Shown piece after piece: positions 16,061-24,292 of a DNA stretch of 64,000 nt; position 1 is the first letter of the stretch, and every line of letters begins with the position of its first letter. This stretch comes from Escherichia phage ZX4221. Under the pieces are notes generated by a model. That model saw nothing but the letters and a program-made list of their open reading frames with translations. It made no database searches and was not told the DNA's origin. Both the position numbers and the translations under genes were made by a program. Where the stretch lies: sequence record OR498728.1. One strand, 5' to 3'.

Positions 16061-16960
16061 TTACTTGCCTACTGACAGAGGTGCTTCAATCTTACCTGCA
16101 TGTTGGTAGTTATTAATCCCACCAATAAAATCACTTGCTGTAAGATGTTTTAAGTCACTTAAAGTGTTAAGTGAGATACCAATCTCAAAAGTTGGTGCAT
16201 GGAACTCTTCATTGTTCATCAGTTCATAAACCTGTTTCATATGGTTCTGATAAATCTGAGTATCTCCAAAGACACCTATCAAGTACCGTGGAGTGTATCC
16301 AGTCATCTTACAAAGAACTTCCAGAATAAAACCGTAAGATGCAATATTAAACGGAAGTCCTAAAAAGGTGTCTACTGAACGTTGATACCATTGTAAGTCA
16401 ACTTCACCCTCGTTAGTGATATAAATCTGAAACAGAACATGACAAGGTGCTAAAGCCATTGAGTTTGCTGCAATATCTGCTGCATTCCAAGCATTAACAA
16501 GCATGTAACGGTCTGTGATATCACCCTTCATCTTCGCTACTAAGGTCTCTAGTTGGTCTACAACACAACCATTATGACCTTCAAAGTTTCTCCACTGAAC
16601 TCCGTAGATTCTTCCACCTGCATCTTCTAACCAATCTTGTTCAGAGGAATAATTAGAGCTTAACCAGCGTTTAAAATCGTCTGACCAGATTGTCCAGCGT
16701 TCTCCATCATTTTCACCCCAAGTACGGTAACGGAGTTCACCCAGCTTATTCTCACCGTTCAGAAACCATAAAGCTTCACCGATAACTTGTCGTGTAAACA
16801 CCTGTTTAGATGTTAAGAGTGGGAAACCAGTTCGCATATCAAAACGAAACTGAGGTGGAGCAAATGCAGAGATAACATCTCCAGTTCGTGTAGTACGCAG
16901 TTCACCAACTGATAAAACATGGTTCAGAATATTTTTGTAACTTGTATCTGCTTGTGACAT
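16061..16960 (-). CDS. thyA: thymidylate synthase
   Basis: 299 aa; active-site context LAPCHVLFQ and overall ThyA-like sequence. Confidence 0.8.
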   Translation of the reverse strand: MSQADTSYKNILNHVLSVGELRTTRTGDVISAFAPPQFRFDMRTGFPLLTSKQVFTRQVIGEALWFLNGENKLGELRYRTWGENDGERWTIWSDDFKRWLSSNYSSEQDWLEDAGGRIYGVQWRNFEGHNGCVVDQLETLVAKMKGDITDRYMLVNAWNAADIAANSMALAPCHVLFQIYITNEGEVDLQWYQRSVDTFLGLPFNIASYGFILEVLCKMTGYTPRYLIGVFGDTQIYQNHMKQVYELMNNEEFHAPTFEIGISLNTLSDLKHLTASDFIGGINNYQHAGKIEAPLSVGK

Positions 16961-16961
16961 A

Positions 16962-17507
16962 TCAAAAGTGTCCTTTTACTTGTGGTGTATAGATATCAAA
17001 AGTTGCTTTTCCATCTGCTGATGGTCTTGACTGAATCTTAGCGAAAATTTTACGGTCATGCAACTTGTCAAAGAAGTTCTCAAAAGGTAGATACACAGTT
17101 GCCTCTTCAGTAACTTCATGGAAAACTGTATGGAACACTACATCAGCATATGGTAAAGCACTGACAAGGATACCTGCACCACCAATTACGAAAACATCCT
17201 CTTCAATATTACTATCAAGATACTTTAAAAATGCTCCAAAAGAGTCTTTATGAGCTTTAGCAAACATAACATCATCTTTACTAAAATCTATACCGTAATA
17301 AGGCACAGAGTTTGTCAAGATAAGATTTTCACGTTCAGGTAAAGGTTTACTTCCCAGAGTCTTGAAAGTCTCGTTACCCATTACTACTAAATTGTCTTTA
17401 GTGAGTCTCTTAAACTCTTGCATATCCTCTTTATGTCGAGGCCACGGCATACCAGTTGGAGTACCAAACTCACCATTTTCACCACTTGCAAAGATTAATT
17501 TAATCAT
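16962..17507 (-). CDS. dihydrofolate reductase
   Basis: 181 aa; N-terminal MIKLIF..G.PW motif resembling phage/bacterial DHFR; adjacent to thymidylate synthase. Confidence 0.7.
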   Translation of the reverse strand: MIKLIFASGENGEFGTPTGMPWPRHKEDMQEFKRLTKDNLVVMGNETFKTLGSKPLPERENLILTNSVPYYGIDFSKDDVMFAKAHKDSFGAFLKYLDSNIEEDVFVIGGAGILVSALPYADVVFHTVFHEVTEEATVYLPFENFFDKLHDRKIFAKIQSRPSADGKATFDIYTPQVKGHF

Positions 17508-17764
17508 TTTGTAAACCCTTTCTTAATGAACCAGTTGATAACATTCTTCACAGCTTTATTGCTATGGTAGATTAAGTGTGGCGTAGGCTGGTATGAACCA
17601 TAAGCCCAGAAAGCAATAACTTCACTACACCCTGTACACCTTGTACTCTCTTCAGCAATATGACCGTTGACTATTTCACTTACCTCACCTTGTAAGTCTG
17701 TGCATCCACAATGTGGACAACGGATAGGTGCTCCGTCAGACTCATAGCAGTGTTCAATTTTCAT
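17504..17764 (-). CDS. small Zn-ribbon protein (hypothetical)
   Basis: 86 aa with CPHCGC...CTGC. Confidence 0.35.
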   Translation of the reverse strand: MKIEHCYESDGAPIRCPHCGCTDLQGEVSEIVNGHIAEESTRCTGCSEVIAFWAYGSYQPTPHLIYHSNKAVKNVINWFIKKGFTK

Positions 17765-18280
17765 TTATTTAACCTCAAAAACTGGTTCAAGAACCAATAT
17801 AAAATCTACACAGTCATCTTCTTCATCCAGAATACCATCAAAGTTCTTAGGAACGAAGTCGAAGAGGCTCATAACAAAACAGTCAGAAGTAACCCTGATA
17901 GTTCCTCCCATGTTCTCTACAGTCAACACTGTACGACTTTCTTTTACCTCTCTCAGAAGATTACTCACAAAGTCATCTAAGAAGTACTTCATCAGTGACT
18001 TAAAACCTTTAGGGTAATCTGTACCAGAGTATGTTTCAATCTGGGGTACAAGCTTAACATTTATACTAGTCTTTGTTAAGAATGTGCTAGAGAACATGCT
18101 ATCAGGTAACTTACAAACAGTCTTTCCAGTACCTTCATGCTCAATCTCAACAAAACCAGCTTCGTCGCCACATGTAACTATTTTAAAAGATGCTTCATTC
18201 TCATACTGTGAAGCCATAAACTTTTTAAGCATCACTTTAAGGAAATCTGCATGAGCATCTTGTAAGTATATATCAATCAT
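17765..18280 (-). CDS. hypothetical protein
   Basis: 171 aa ORF in compact minus-strand operon. Confidence 0.35.
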   Translation of the reverse strand: MIDIYLQDAHADFLKVMLKKFMASQYENEASFKIVTCGDEAGFVEIEHEGTGKTVCKLPDSMFSSTFLTKTSINVKLVPQIETYSGTDYPKGFKSLMKYFLDDFVSNLLREVKESRTVLTVENMGGTIRVTSDCFVMSLFDFVPKNFDGILDEEDDCVDFILVLEPVFEVK

Positions 18281-18293
18281 AGTTAATCACCTA

Positions 18294-18653
18294 TTATGGG
18301 AACAGACACTTGATGTCATCGTTTTTAAAAACAAAACTTGTGTAGTTGTGACCGTCAACATCCAGCCAAACCGCCTGAACATCTACACCATCAAGATTGT
18401 GGTGAAGCTCTTTGATGAAGTGGTCTTTCACAATCTGACTGCTGGTTGTTTCCAGCTTAATGTTTGAGATTGCTGAACCTACAGCCATATAACCCATGAC
18501 GCGTTTCTTCTCAGTATGCTTAATCTTACCATCTTTGTAGGCCATAATGAGATTGGAAAGAATCTTCACACCATAATATTTTTCAAGGTGAGTCGGTACA
18601 CCATAAAAACCTAATGCGAAGTTTTCAGAGTGGATAATGTTTTCACGTTTCAT
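18294..18653 (-). CDS. hypothetical protein
   Basis: 119 aa ORF. Confidence 0.35.
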   Translation of the reverse strand: MKRENIIHSENFALGFYGVPTHLEKYYGVKILSNLIMAYKDGKIKHTEKKRVMGYMAVGSAISNIKLETTSSQIVKDHFIKELHHNLDGVDVQAVWLDVDGHNYTSFVFKNDDIKCLFP

Positions 18654-18654
18654 A

Positions 18655-18954
18655 TTAATCTGCCAGCCTTAAATTAAAATTAACACCAAATTTTTCGCAT
18701 ACTTCCAACATATACTCAAGGGAGACATTACCAGTGAGGTGGATTATGTTGGATACACGAGCCTGAGAGATACCACAAATTTTAGCAACTTGCTCTTGGG
18801 AAAGACCTCTGGATTTAATCTCTCTCTTAAAACGATGTGCAACGAAATCTCTCATTTCGTCTACATCCATTGGACAAACATAACTCTCCATTTCAGCCTC
18901 TCTGTCAGCCTCCCAATCATCTTGTGGAGCATAAGGGTCAAAAACCTCATTCAT
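18655..18954 (-). CDS. helix-turn-helix DNA-binding protein (putative)
   Basis: HTH-like segment LSQEQVAKICGISQARVSNI; start moved to in-frame ATG at 18954 with GGAAG RBS. Confidence 0.45.
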   Translation of the reverse strand: MNEVFDPYAPQDDWEADREAEMESYVCPMDVDEMRDFVAHRFKREIKSRGLSQEQVAKICGISQARVSNIIHLTGNVSLEYMLEVCEKFGVNFNLRLAD

Positions 18955-19159
18955 CTTTCTTCTTCCGTTTGCGTGAAGTATCAATCAATGAATCTATGTT
19001 TGTAGCCCTAACCTTTTCACGTTCATCGTTAAGATAATCATCAAGAGCCTTTTCAATCTGTGAATCATCTTGACAGATAACTGTAAAGACTGTAAAGCCA
19101 TCTGTATCGTCAATTATCTTACCATAACCGCTTCTGGGATGTAACTTTTTAAGAGCCAT
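18947..19159 (-). CDS. hypothetical protein
   Basis: 70 aa, acidic with basic C-terminal tail. Confidence 0.3.
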   Translation of the reverse strand: MALKKLHPRSGYGKIIDDTDGFTVFTVICQDDSQIEKALDDYLNDEREKVRATNIDSLIDTSRKRKKKDE

Positions 19160-19160
19160 A

Positions 19161-19544
19161 TTAGATACCTGTGCAGCTTCTGTTTTCTAAGAAATATTCA
19201 ACACCGTACATAGATTTTTGCATCAAATCTTCTTTAAACTGGATACGATGGTTGAGCATAGCCTGTACATCAATATCGTCATGGTGCTTCTCTTTAATAT
19301 TTGCAGATTGCAGGAAATACTCTGCAAGAACACGATACTGATAGTCAGTCACCTTATCTGTCATCTCTGTCAAAGACTCTTCAGAGATTGGTTTAAGTAG
19401 CTCACCATTAGCTAGGGCAACACCTTTTACAATCTGGCAAGTGTCTTCTGGAACACCTGATAAGTCCACATTTGGAAGTTCTGTTGCATTGACTGGTAAA
19501 TTCATTGCCATAACCATTGCAGCAGCTAATAAAATCTTTTTCAT
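19161..19544 (-). CDS. secreted/periplasmic protein (hypothetical)
   Basis: N-terminal signal-peptide-like MKKILLAAAMVMAMNLPVNA. Confidence 0.4.
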   Translation of the reverse strand: MKKILLAAAMVMAMNLPVNATELPNVDLSGVPEDTCQIVKGVALANGELLKPISEESLTEMTDKVTDYQYRVLAEYFLQSANIKEKHHDDIDVQAMLNHRIQFKEDLMQKSMYGVEYFLENRSCTGI

Positions 19545-19593
19545 AATGACCTCAAAGTTATATTAAATTTTGTATTACATTGAGTATAAAAAT

Positions 19594-19632
19594 AAGCTAT
19601 AACACCTGACTTGTCAACAGACTTTATAGCTT
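19594..19632. promoter_or_regulatory. palindromic element in upstream region of minus-strand gene
   Basis: AAGCTATAA ... TTATAGCTT inverted repeat enclosing TTGACA (minus strand). Confidence 0.35.
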
Positions 19633-19661
19633 ATTTGGCAGATTTTTTATAAGGTTACTGC

Positions 19662-19727
19662 CATCCTTCCATACCAAACCTCACCTGACCTCGCCTAACC
19701 CTACCTTACCCCACCATACAGCACCTT
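19662..19727. repeat. pentamer-periodic C/A-rich array (ACCNN-like)
   Basis: ACC recurring at about 5 nt spacing; G-poor on plus strand. Confidence 0.6.
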
Positions 19728-19764
19728 ATTAAAACACCCTGTTTAAAGACCTTTTAAAAAGGTA

Positions 19765-19790
19765 AGTCTCATTTTAATGTAGCTGAGACT
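19765..19790. repeat. conserved hairpin copy 1 (AGTCTCA-loop-TGAGACT)
   Basis: 7 bp stem, loop TTTTAATGTAGC, followed by AACTACCCATAC; recurs at 19896 and 21279. Confidence 0.6.
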
Positions 19791-19801
19791 AACTACCCAT
19801 A

Positions 19802-19856
19802 CCTCACCCTACCAGACCCTACCAGACCAGACCTTACCCTACCAGACCCTACCGAA
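19802..19856. repeat. tandem pentamer array (11 x ACCNN)
   Basis: ACCCT ACCAG ACCCT ACCAG ACCAG ACCTT ACCCT ACCAG ACCCT ACCGA read directly. Confidence 0.7.
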
Positions 19857-19895
19857 CATCACTTAAAAACCCTCTTAGAAGACTCTTAAGTGATG
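19857..19895. repeat. inverted repeat ATCACTTAA...TTAAGTGAT copy 1
   Basis: 9 bp arms, about 19 nt loop; second copy at 21386-21424. Confidence 0.55.
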
Positions 19896-19923
19896 TAATC
19901 GAATTTTAATGTAGCTCCGATTA
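19896..19923. repeat. conserved hairpin copy 2 with compensatory stem (TAATCGa / TCCGATTA)
   Basis: same loop ATTTTAATGTAGC and same AACTACCCATAC tail as copy 1 but a different base-paired stem. Confidence 0.55.
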
Positions 19924-19932
19924 ACTACCCAT

Positions 19933-19981
19933 ACCTCACCTCACCCAACCATACCATGCCTTGCCAGACCGCACCTTACCT
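19933..19981. repeat. C/A-rich pentamer-periodic array
   Basis: CTCACCTCACCCAACCATACCATGCCTTGCCAGACCGCACCTTACC. Confidence 0.5.
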
Positions 19982-20011
19982 CATTAAAAGACCCTCTTAA
20001 AAGACCTTTTA

Positions 20012-20040
20012 AAAAGGAGCCTCCGAAGAGGCTACCTAGT
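20012..20040 (-). terminator. terminator-like hairpin for minus-strand gene 20045..20485
   Basis: AGCCTC-CGAA-GAGGCT; on minus strand followed by CCTTTTT. Confidence 0.5.
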
Positions 20041-20044
20041 CAAC

Positions 20045-20485
20045 TTAGAAAGGTTTTCTACGTTGCTTGTTAATGTTAGCTTTCATAGCAGCTAAATGGT
20101 TTTGCTGTTCAATCAGTCGTGAACGTTCTTGATGACTAAGCGCCATAGTGTTCACATTCTCAATTGCTTGAGTGGCTTGCTTTAAAGCTCGACCAATCTT
20201 ACCAGACATTTTGCGTTTTGCAATAGTTGCTTGATGCTTAGGTTCAACCACACGATAACCAACACCCATTGAAGCAACCAGGTAAATCTTCTCTTCTTTA
20301 AGAAGCTTTTCAATAAACTTCTCAAGTCGGTTTAGACGTGTAAGTGCATAAGCCTTCATTTCATCTTCGTACTTAACAATGTCACCTTGATAAGTTGGCT
20401 TCACAATACCTAAGAAGGTGTCCATCTCGGAATGTGATACAGTGTCGCCGTAACTAAACTTTGCTGCTAATGCTTTTGTATTCAT
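20045..20485 (-). CDS. hypothetical protein (repeat-flanked cassette gene 2)
   Basis: 146 aa, basic C-terminus; no motif recognised. Confidence 0.4.
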   Translation of the reverse strand: MNTKALAAKFSYGDTVSHSEMDTFLGIVKPTYQGDIVKYEDEMKAYALTRLNRLEKFIEKLLKEEKIYLVASMGVGYRVVEPKHQATIAKRKMSGKIGRALKQATQAIENVNTMALSHQERSRLIEQQNHLAAMKANINKQRRKPF

Positions 20486-20487
20486 AA

Positions 20488-21093
<606 letters not shown>

Positions 21094-21176
21094 TTAGTTG
21101 ATTGTTAAGTTGTTTGTAAAGAACCCTCAACAGAAGACTCTTTAGAAACTTGGTAGATTTTTAACGTGGCTACTAC

Positions 21177-21238
21177 CATCCACCCACACCGTGCCACACC
21201 ACACCACACCATACCCAACTCCACCTAATCCTACCACA
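21177..21238. repeat. C/A-rich pentamer-periodic array
   Basis: CCATCCACCCACACCGTGCCACACCACACCACACCATACCC... Confidence 0.6.
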
Positions 21239-21278
21239 CCTTATTAAAAGACCCTCTTAAAGACCTTTTAAAAAGATA

Positions 21279-21304
21279 AGTCTCATTTTAATGTAGCTGA
21301 GACT
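21279..21304. repeat. conserved hairpin copy 3 (AGTCTCA-loop-TGAGACT)
   Basis: identical to copy 1, with the same upstream AAGACCTTTTAAAAAG and downstream AACTACCCATAC. Confidence 0.6.
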
Positions 21305-21316
21305 AACTACCCATAC

Positions 21317-21385
21317 CGAACCTCACCGCACCATACTACACCTGACACCACCTTACACCACCGCACCATACCTGACCGAGCTACA
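21317..21385. repeat. C/A-rich pentamer-periodic array
   Basis: CTCACCGCACCATACTACACCTGACACCACCTTACACCACCGCACCATACC. Confidence 0.55.
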
Positions 21386-21424
21386 CATCACTTAAAAACC
21401 CTTTTCAAAGACTCTTAAGTGATG
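21386..21424. repeat. inverted repeat ATCACTTAA...TTAAGTGATG copy 2
   Basis: matches 19857-19895. Confidence 0.55.
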
Positions 21425-21478
21425 CTGGTGAGTACCCGTTGGTTTATGCTGCTCAGTATACTCACCAAATTTTCTATG

Positions 21479-21667
21479 TCAACAAATTTCTAATAAAGTT
21501 TTATGAAGATTTTGCTTAACAACCCGCCTCACATGCCTGTGCTCTTTCTTAATAAAGAGTGACCTCTTCTTGATAGAGCGCCTATTCTTGTAAGTGTTGC
21601 TAGGGTACTTATCATGAACCGGACAACAACTACCCGTATTTGTAAACTTGATAATCTCTCTTTTCAC
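21479..21667 (-). CDS. small basic protein (doubtful ORF)
   Basis: 62 aa, Lys/Arg-rich; weak support. Confidence 0.2.
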   Translation of the reverse strand: MKREIIKFTNTGSCCPVHDKYPSNTYKNRRSIKKRSLFIKKEHRHVRRVVKQNLHKTLLEIC

Positions 21668-22767
21668 TATTCATAATCCCTAATAACTAGCCCGACAGGG
21701 AACTGTAAAGAACCCTTACGAGTCATCTTCTGGAACTGTACTGTTAAAGGCTTCCCGATAAACTCATCAGGATGCTCAGCAAGATACTGTTTCTTCTCAT
21801 GAGTAGTCTTCCATGAGACATCTACAAAGACGTTAGGAAGAGTCTCTACAACGAACTTACCGTGGCCACGCTTATCAGTCTTTACACCAGTCACTTTAAA
21901 CTCTTCAGTGTGCATCTTCTTATGCTTAATCAAGAAGTATGAACGGTGACCACACTCGTAGAAAGATTCTTCAGAGATTGAGCGGTACATTGCACCTTCA
22001 AACTTAGCTTCAACCCACTTATCATGAGCTTCATCAAACTCTTCCCAAGAGTTAACACGGATAGTCTGTACAGGAACAACTCTACAGGTATCACCAAACT
22101 CAACAATGGGTGAGTTATCAATAACTTCACGACGCTCAGGCCAAGTTTTTGAATTGTCGCAGATATCATACCAGTAGAACTTAAGAAGGTGACGGTCTGG
22201 ATTGTCAGCATTCTTAATCATAGACACAATATCTTCTAAGTCCCAACCATGAGCATAAATCTCACCATCAAAGTCTTCTACTTGTGGATGCAATTTAAGC
22301 AACAAAAGCAAATCTGGGATTAGTTCTTCTGGGACGTTGTAAATAGTATTCTCACGAGAATAAGCCGTGAAGCTAACTAAATCAGCATCTCTTGAAATTC
22401 TACAACGTACACCATCAAGTTTTGGTTGAGCATCAGCAGGGAATATTAAATACTTTGCATGACTCACCTTTGCAGCATCATGAGCAAGCTGCACACCTAC
22501 CTTCTCAGTATTCTGTGCAGACTCTTTTGTGTAAGCATAACCTTTACGGTCAACTTGCTTTTTATACTTAGCAGCAACTTCAAAGAGAGCTTGCTGTTCA
22601 GCGTTACGCTCATTCTTTTTACCGATGTTTTTAGGTTCTGCTGTATACTCTTCAAACATCATCTTGCCATTTTCTTTACCGTAGGTTGTAATAACTTTGT
22701 CACCTACAGCAACACATGACCAGACATTGAAAGAGCCATCTTTATTTTGTTTGTACAGTATTGTCAT
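21667..22767 (-). CDS. ATP-dependent DNA ligase
   Basis: adenylation motif I KLDGVRC (KxDG); start placed at in-frame ATG 22767 preceded by GAGG RBS (ORF track start 22803). Confidence 0.7.
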   Translation of the reverse strand: MTILYKQNKDGSFNVWSCVAVGDKVITTYGKENGKMMFEEYTAEPKNIGKKNERNAEQQALFEVAAKYKKQVDRKGYAYTKESAQNTEKVGVQLAHDAAKVSHAKYLIFPADAQPKLDGVRCRISRDADLVSFTAYSRENTIYNVPEELIPDLLLLLKLHPQVEDFDGEIYAHGWDLEDIVSMIKNADNPDRHLLKFYWYDICDNSKTWPERREVIDNSPIVEFGDTCRVVPVQTIRVNSWEEFDEAHDKWVEAKFEGAMYRSISEESFYECGHRSYFLIKHKKMHTEEFKVTGVKTDKRGHGKFVVETLPNVFVDVSWKTTHEKKQYLAEHPDEFIGKPLTVQFQKMTRKGSLQFPVGLVIRDYE

Positions 22768-22960
22768 TTTTAACCTCTGAGTGATACCAAGTGTAACAAG
22801 CATTACATGCGTAAAGCTCTAAGTCATTTTTATCTGGTTTATGGAAACAGTTTGACCCACAACGACACCGGAATAGTTTACCATCAACACGAAGAATGAA
22901 TGTTTCAAGCTCACCATCTTCTGTAAGAACTGCGTTCTTAAATTTATCTTCTACAGTCAT
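22742..22960 (-). CDS. small Cys-rich Zn-finger protein (hypothetical)
   Basis: 72 aa with CRCGSNC...CNAC. Confidence 0.35.
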   Translation of the reverse strand: MTVEDKFKNAVLTEDGELETFILRVDGKLFRCRCGSNCFHKPDKNDLELYACNACYTWYHSEVKNDNTVQTK

Positions 22961-23163
22961 TTTCTCTTACCACCAATCTCTACGTCGATAACTTGAACAT
23001 CGCCAGCAACATCAAACTTATGAATGATGCTTTCCACAGTGTAAGTCCAACCCCCAATGCGAACCAACTCACCTTCTCGTGGGACGATTGGATTACGTTG
23101 AGCTACGGTTGTAGTGGAGTGAACAACATCATAACAGTAGATATAGTTTACTAGGACTTCCAT
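22957..23163 (-). CDS. hypothetical protein
   Basis: start trimmed to ATG at 23163 with GAGG RBS to avoid long overlap with lipoprotein gene. Confidence 0.3.
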   Translation of the reverse strand: MEVLVNYIYCYDVVHSTTTVAQRNPIVPREGELVRIGGWTYTVESIIHKFDVAGDVQVIDVEIGGKRK

Positions 23164-23173
23164 CGTAAAAACC

Positions 23174-23410
23174 TCACTCAATAACCGTAGTATGTGATTG
23201 ACTATTTTTATCATATCTATAAGATGTTGTTGTTTGAGAGTTTGGACATCTGACAACAACAATATCTGTGCTTATTGCATCACCATTTAACTTATAGACT
23301 TTGCAATCTTGCATCTCTGGTGGGAGGCTATAAGAAGCGTTTTTGTCCTCGTAAGAGGGATTACAGCCAGATAGAAAAATAACACCAAGCGCAATTACTA
23401 CTTTCCACAT
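23174..23410 (-). CDS. small lipoprotein (putative)
   Basis: signal peptide with lipobox-like LSGC (MWKVVIALGVIFLSGC). Confidence 0.45.
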   Translation of the reverse strand: MWKVVIALGVIFLSGCNPSYEDKNASYSLPPEMQDCKVYKLNGDAISTDIVVVRCPNSQTTTSYRYDKNSQSHTTVIE

Positions 23411-23426
23411 AATACTTCTCCTATTT

Positions 23427-23582
23427 ACTGTTCACGATGTTCTACTTCTCTGTACGTTCGTCGATAGTTTATAATAAGCTGTGCTAATTCGTTGCTTTTA
23501 ACATCTGAACGTAGCAGTTGCCAATCAAAACCTTTACCGACTCTTCCATATAAACTAAAGAATTTTACTTTGCGTTTCATTT
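23427..23582 (-). CDS. small basic ORF (51 aa, not in ORF track)
   Basis: MKRKVKFFSLYGRVGKGF... read from reverse complement; fills gap between neighbours. Confidence 0.2.
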
Positions 23583-23597
23583 TGGTGTTCCCAATAC

Positions 23598-23825
23598 TCA
23601 GAGGTCAACGCTAATACGTTCACCCTTAAGGACTCCTGTACGGTCTCTTGCAATCTTACCGTCAACAATAAGGATATGCGCAGACTTTAAAGATTCACTA
23701 TTAAAACCTTTTACGAACTTACTAGGCATCACCACAATAAGCATCTCTTGAATCAACTCTGGAGTGTAGCAATTATCGTGAAGTTGCTGAATAACGTCTG
23801 CAAGTGTCATTTTTGATGTCTCCAA
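23598..23825 (-). CDS. small protein, paralog A
   Basis: 75 aa; C-terminal GKIARDRTGVLKGERISV matches 24013..24231 product GKIAKDKTGYLKGERVNI. Confidence 0.4.
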   Translation of the reverse strand: METSKMTLADVIQQLHDNCYTPELIQEMLIVVMPSKFVKGFNSESLKSAHILIVDGKIARDRTGVLKGERISVDL

Positions 23826-24016
23826 TATTCAATATCAATAAGTTCTTGTGCAATGCTTTTCAGATTACCTTTCAAGAAAACCTTCTCAGAACCTGAAAGA
23901 GATGAATTGTCAATTAACCTGTTCATTCTCTCAAACAACTTCTGCTTACGGTTCTTGATAGTTTCCTTTGAAGCACCTTTCATCATCGCTGCATGGGTTC
24001 TTCCACGGTGGCTCAT
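23807..24016 (-). CDS. hypothetical basic protein
   Basis: 69 aa between the two paralogs. Confidence 0.3.
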   Translation of the reverse strand: MSHRGRTHAAMMKGASKETIKNRKQKLFERMNRLIDNSSLSGSEKVFLKGNLKSIAQELIDIEYWRHQK

Positions 24017-24231
24017 AGTAAACTCTCAATATTTACACGCTCACCTTTTAAGTAGCCTGTCTTATCTTTTGCGATTTTACCTCCAGCAATAAAGATATCT
24101 ACTCTACGTAGAACTTCAGGGTTTACCTTCAAATTCCTACAGCTACTGCAAAGAACAATAAACATCCCTTCAATCTCTTTTTGAGAATAACCTGCACATT
24201 GCAACTGAACTTCAATCTCTGAAAGTGTCAT
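24013..24231 (-). CDS. small protein, paralog B
   Basis: 72 aa; shares C-terminal motif with 23598..23825. Confidence 0.4.
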   Translation of the reverse strand: MTLSEIEVQLQCAGYSQKEIEGMFIVLCSSCRNLKVNPEVLRRVDIFIAGGKIAKDKTGYLKGERVNIESLL

Positions 24232-24292
24232 GTGACCTCCTATACAAGATATAGTATAAGGTACTCTTCCATGAGCACCTTGTCAATACTAA

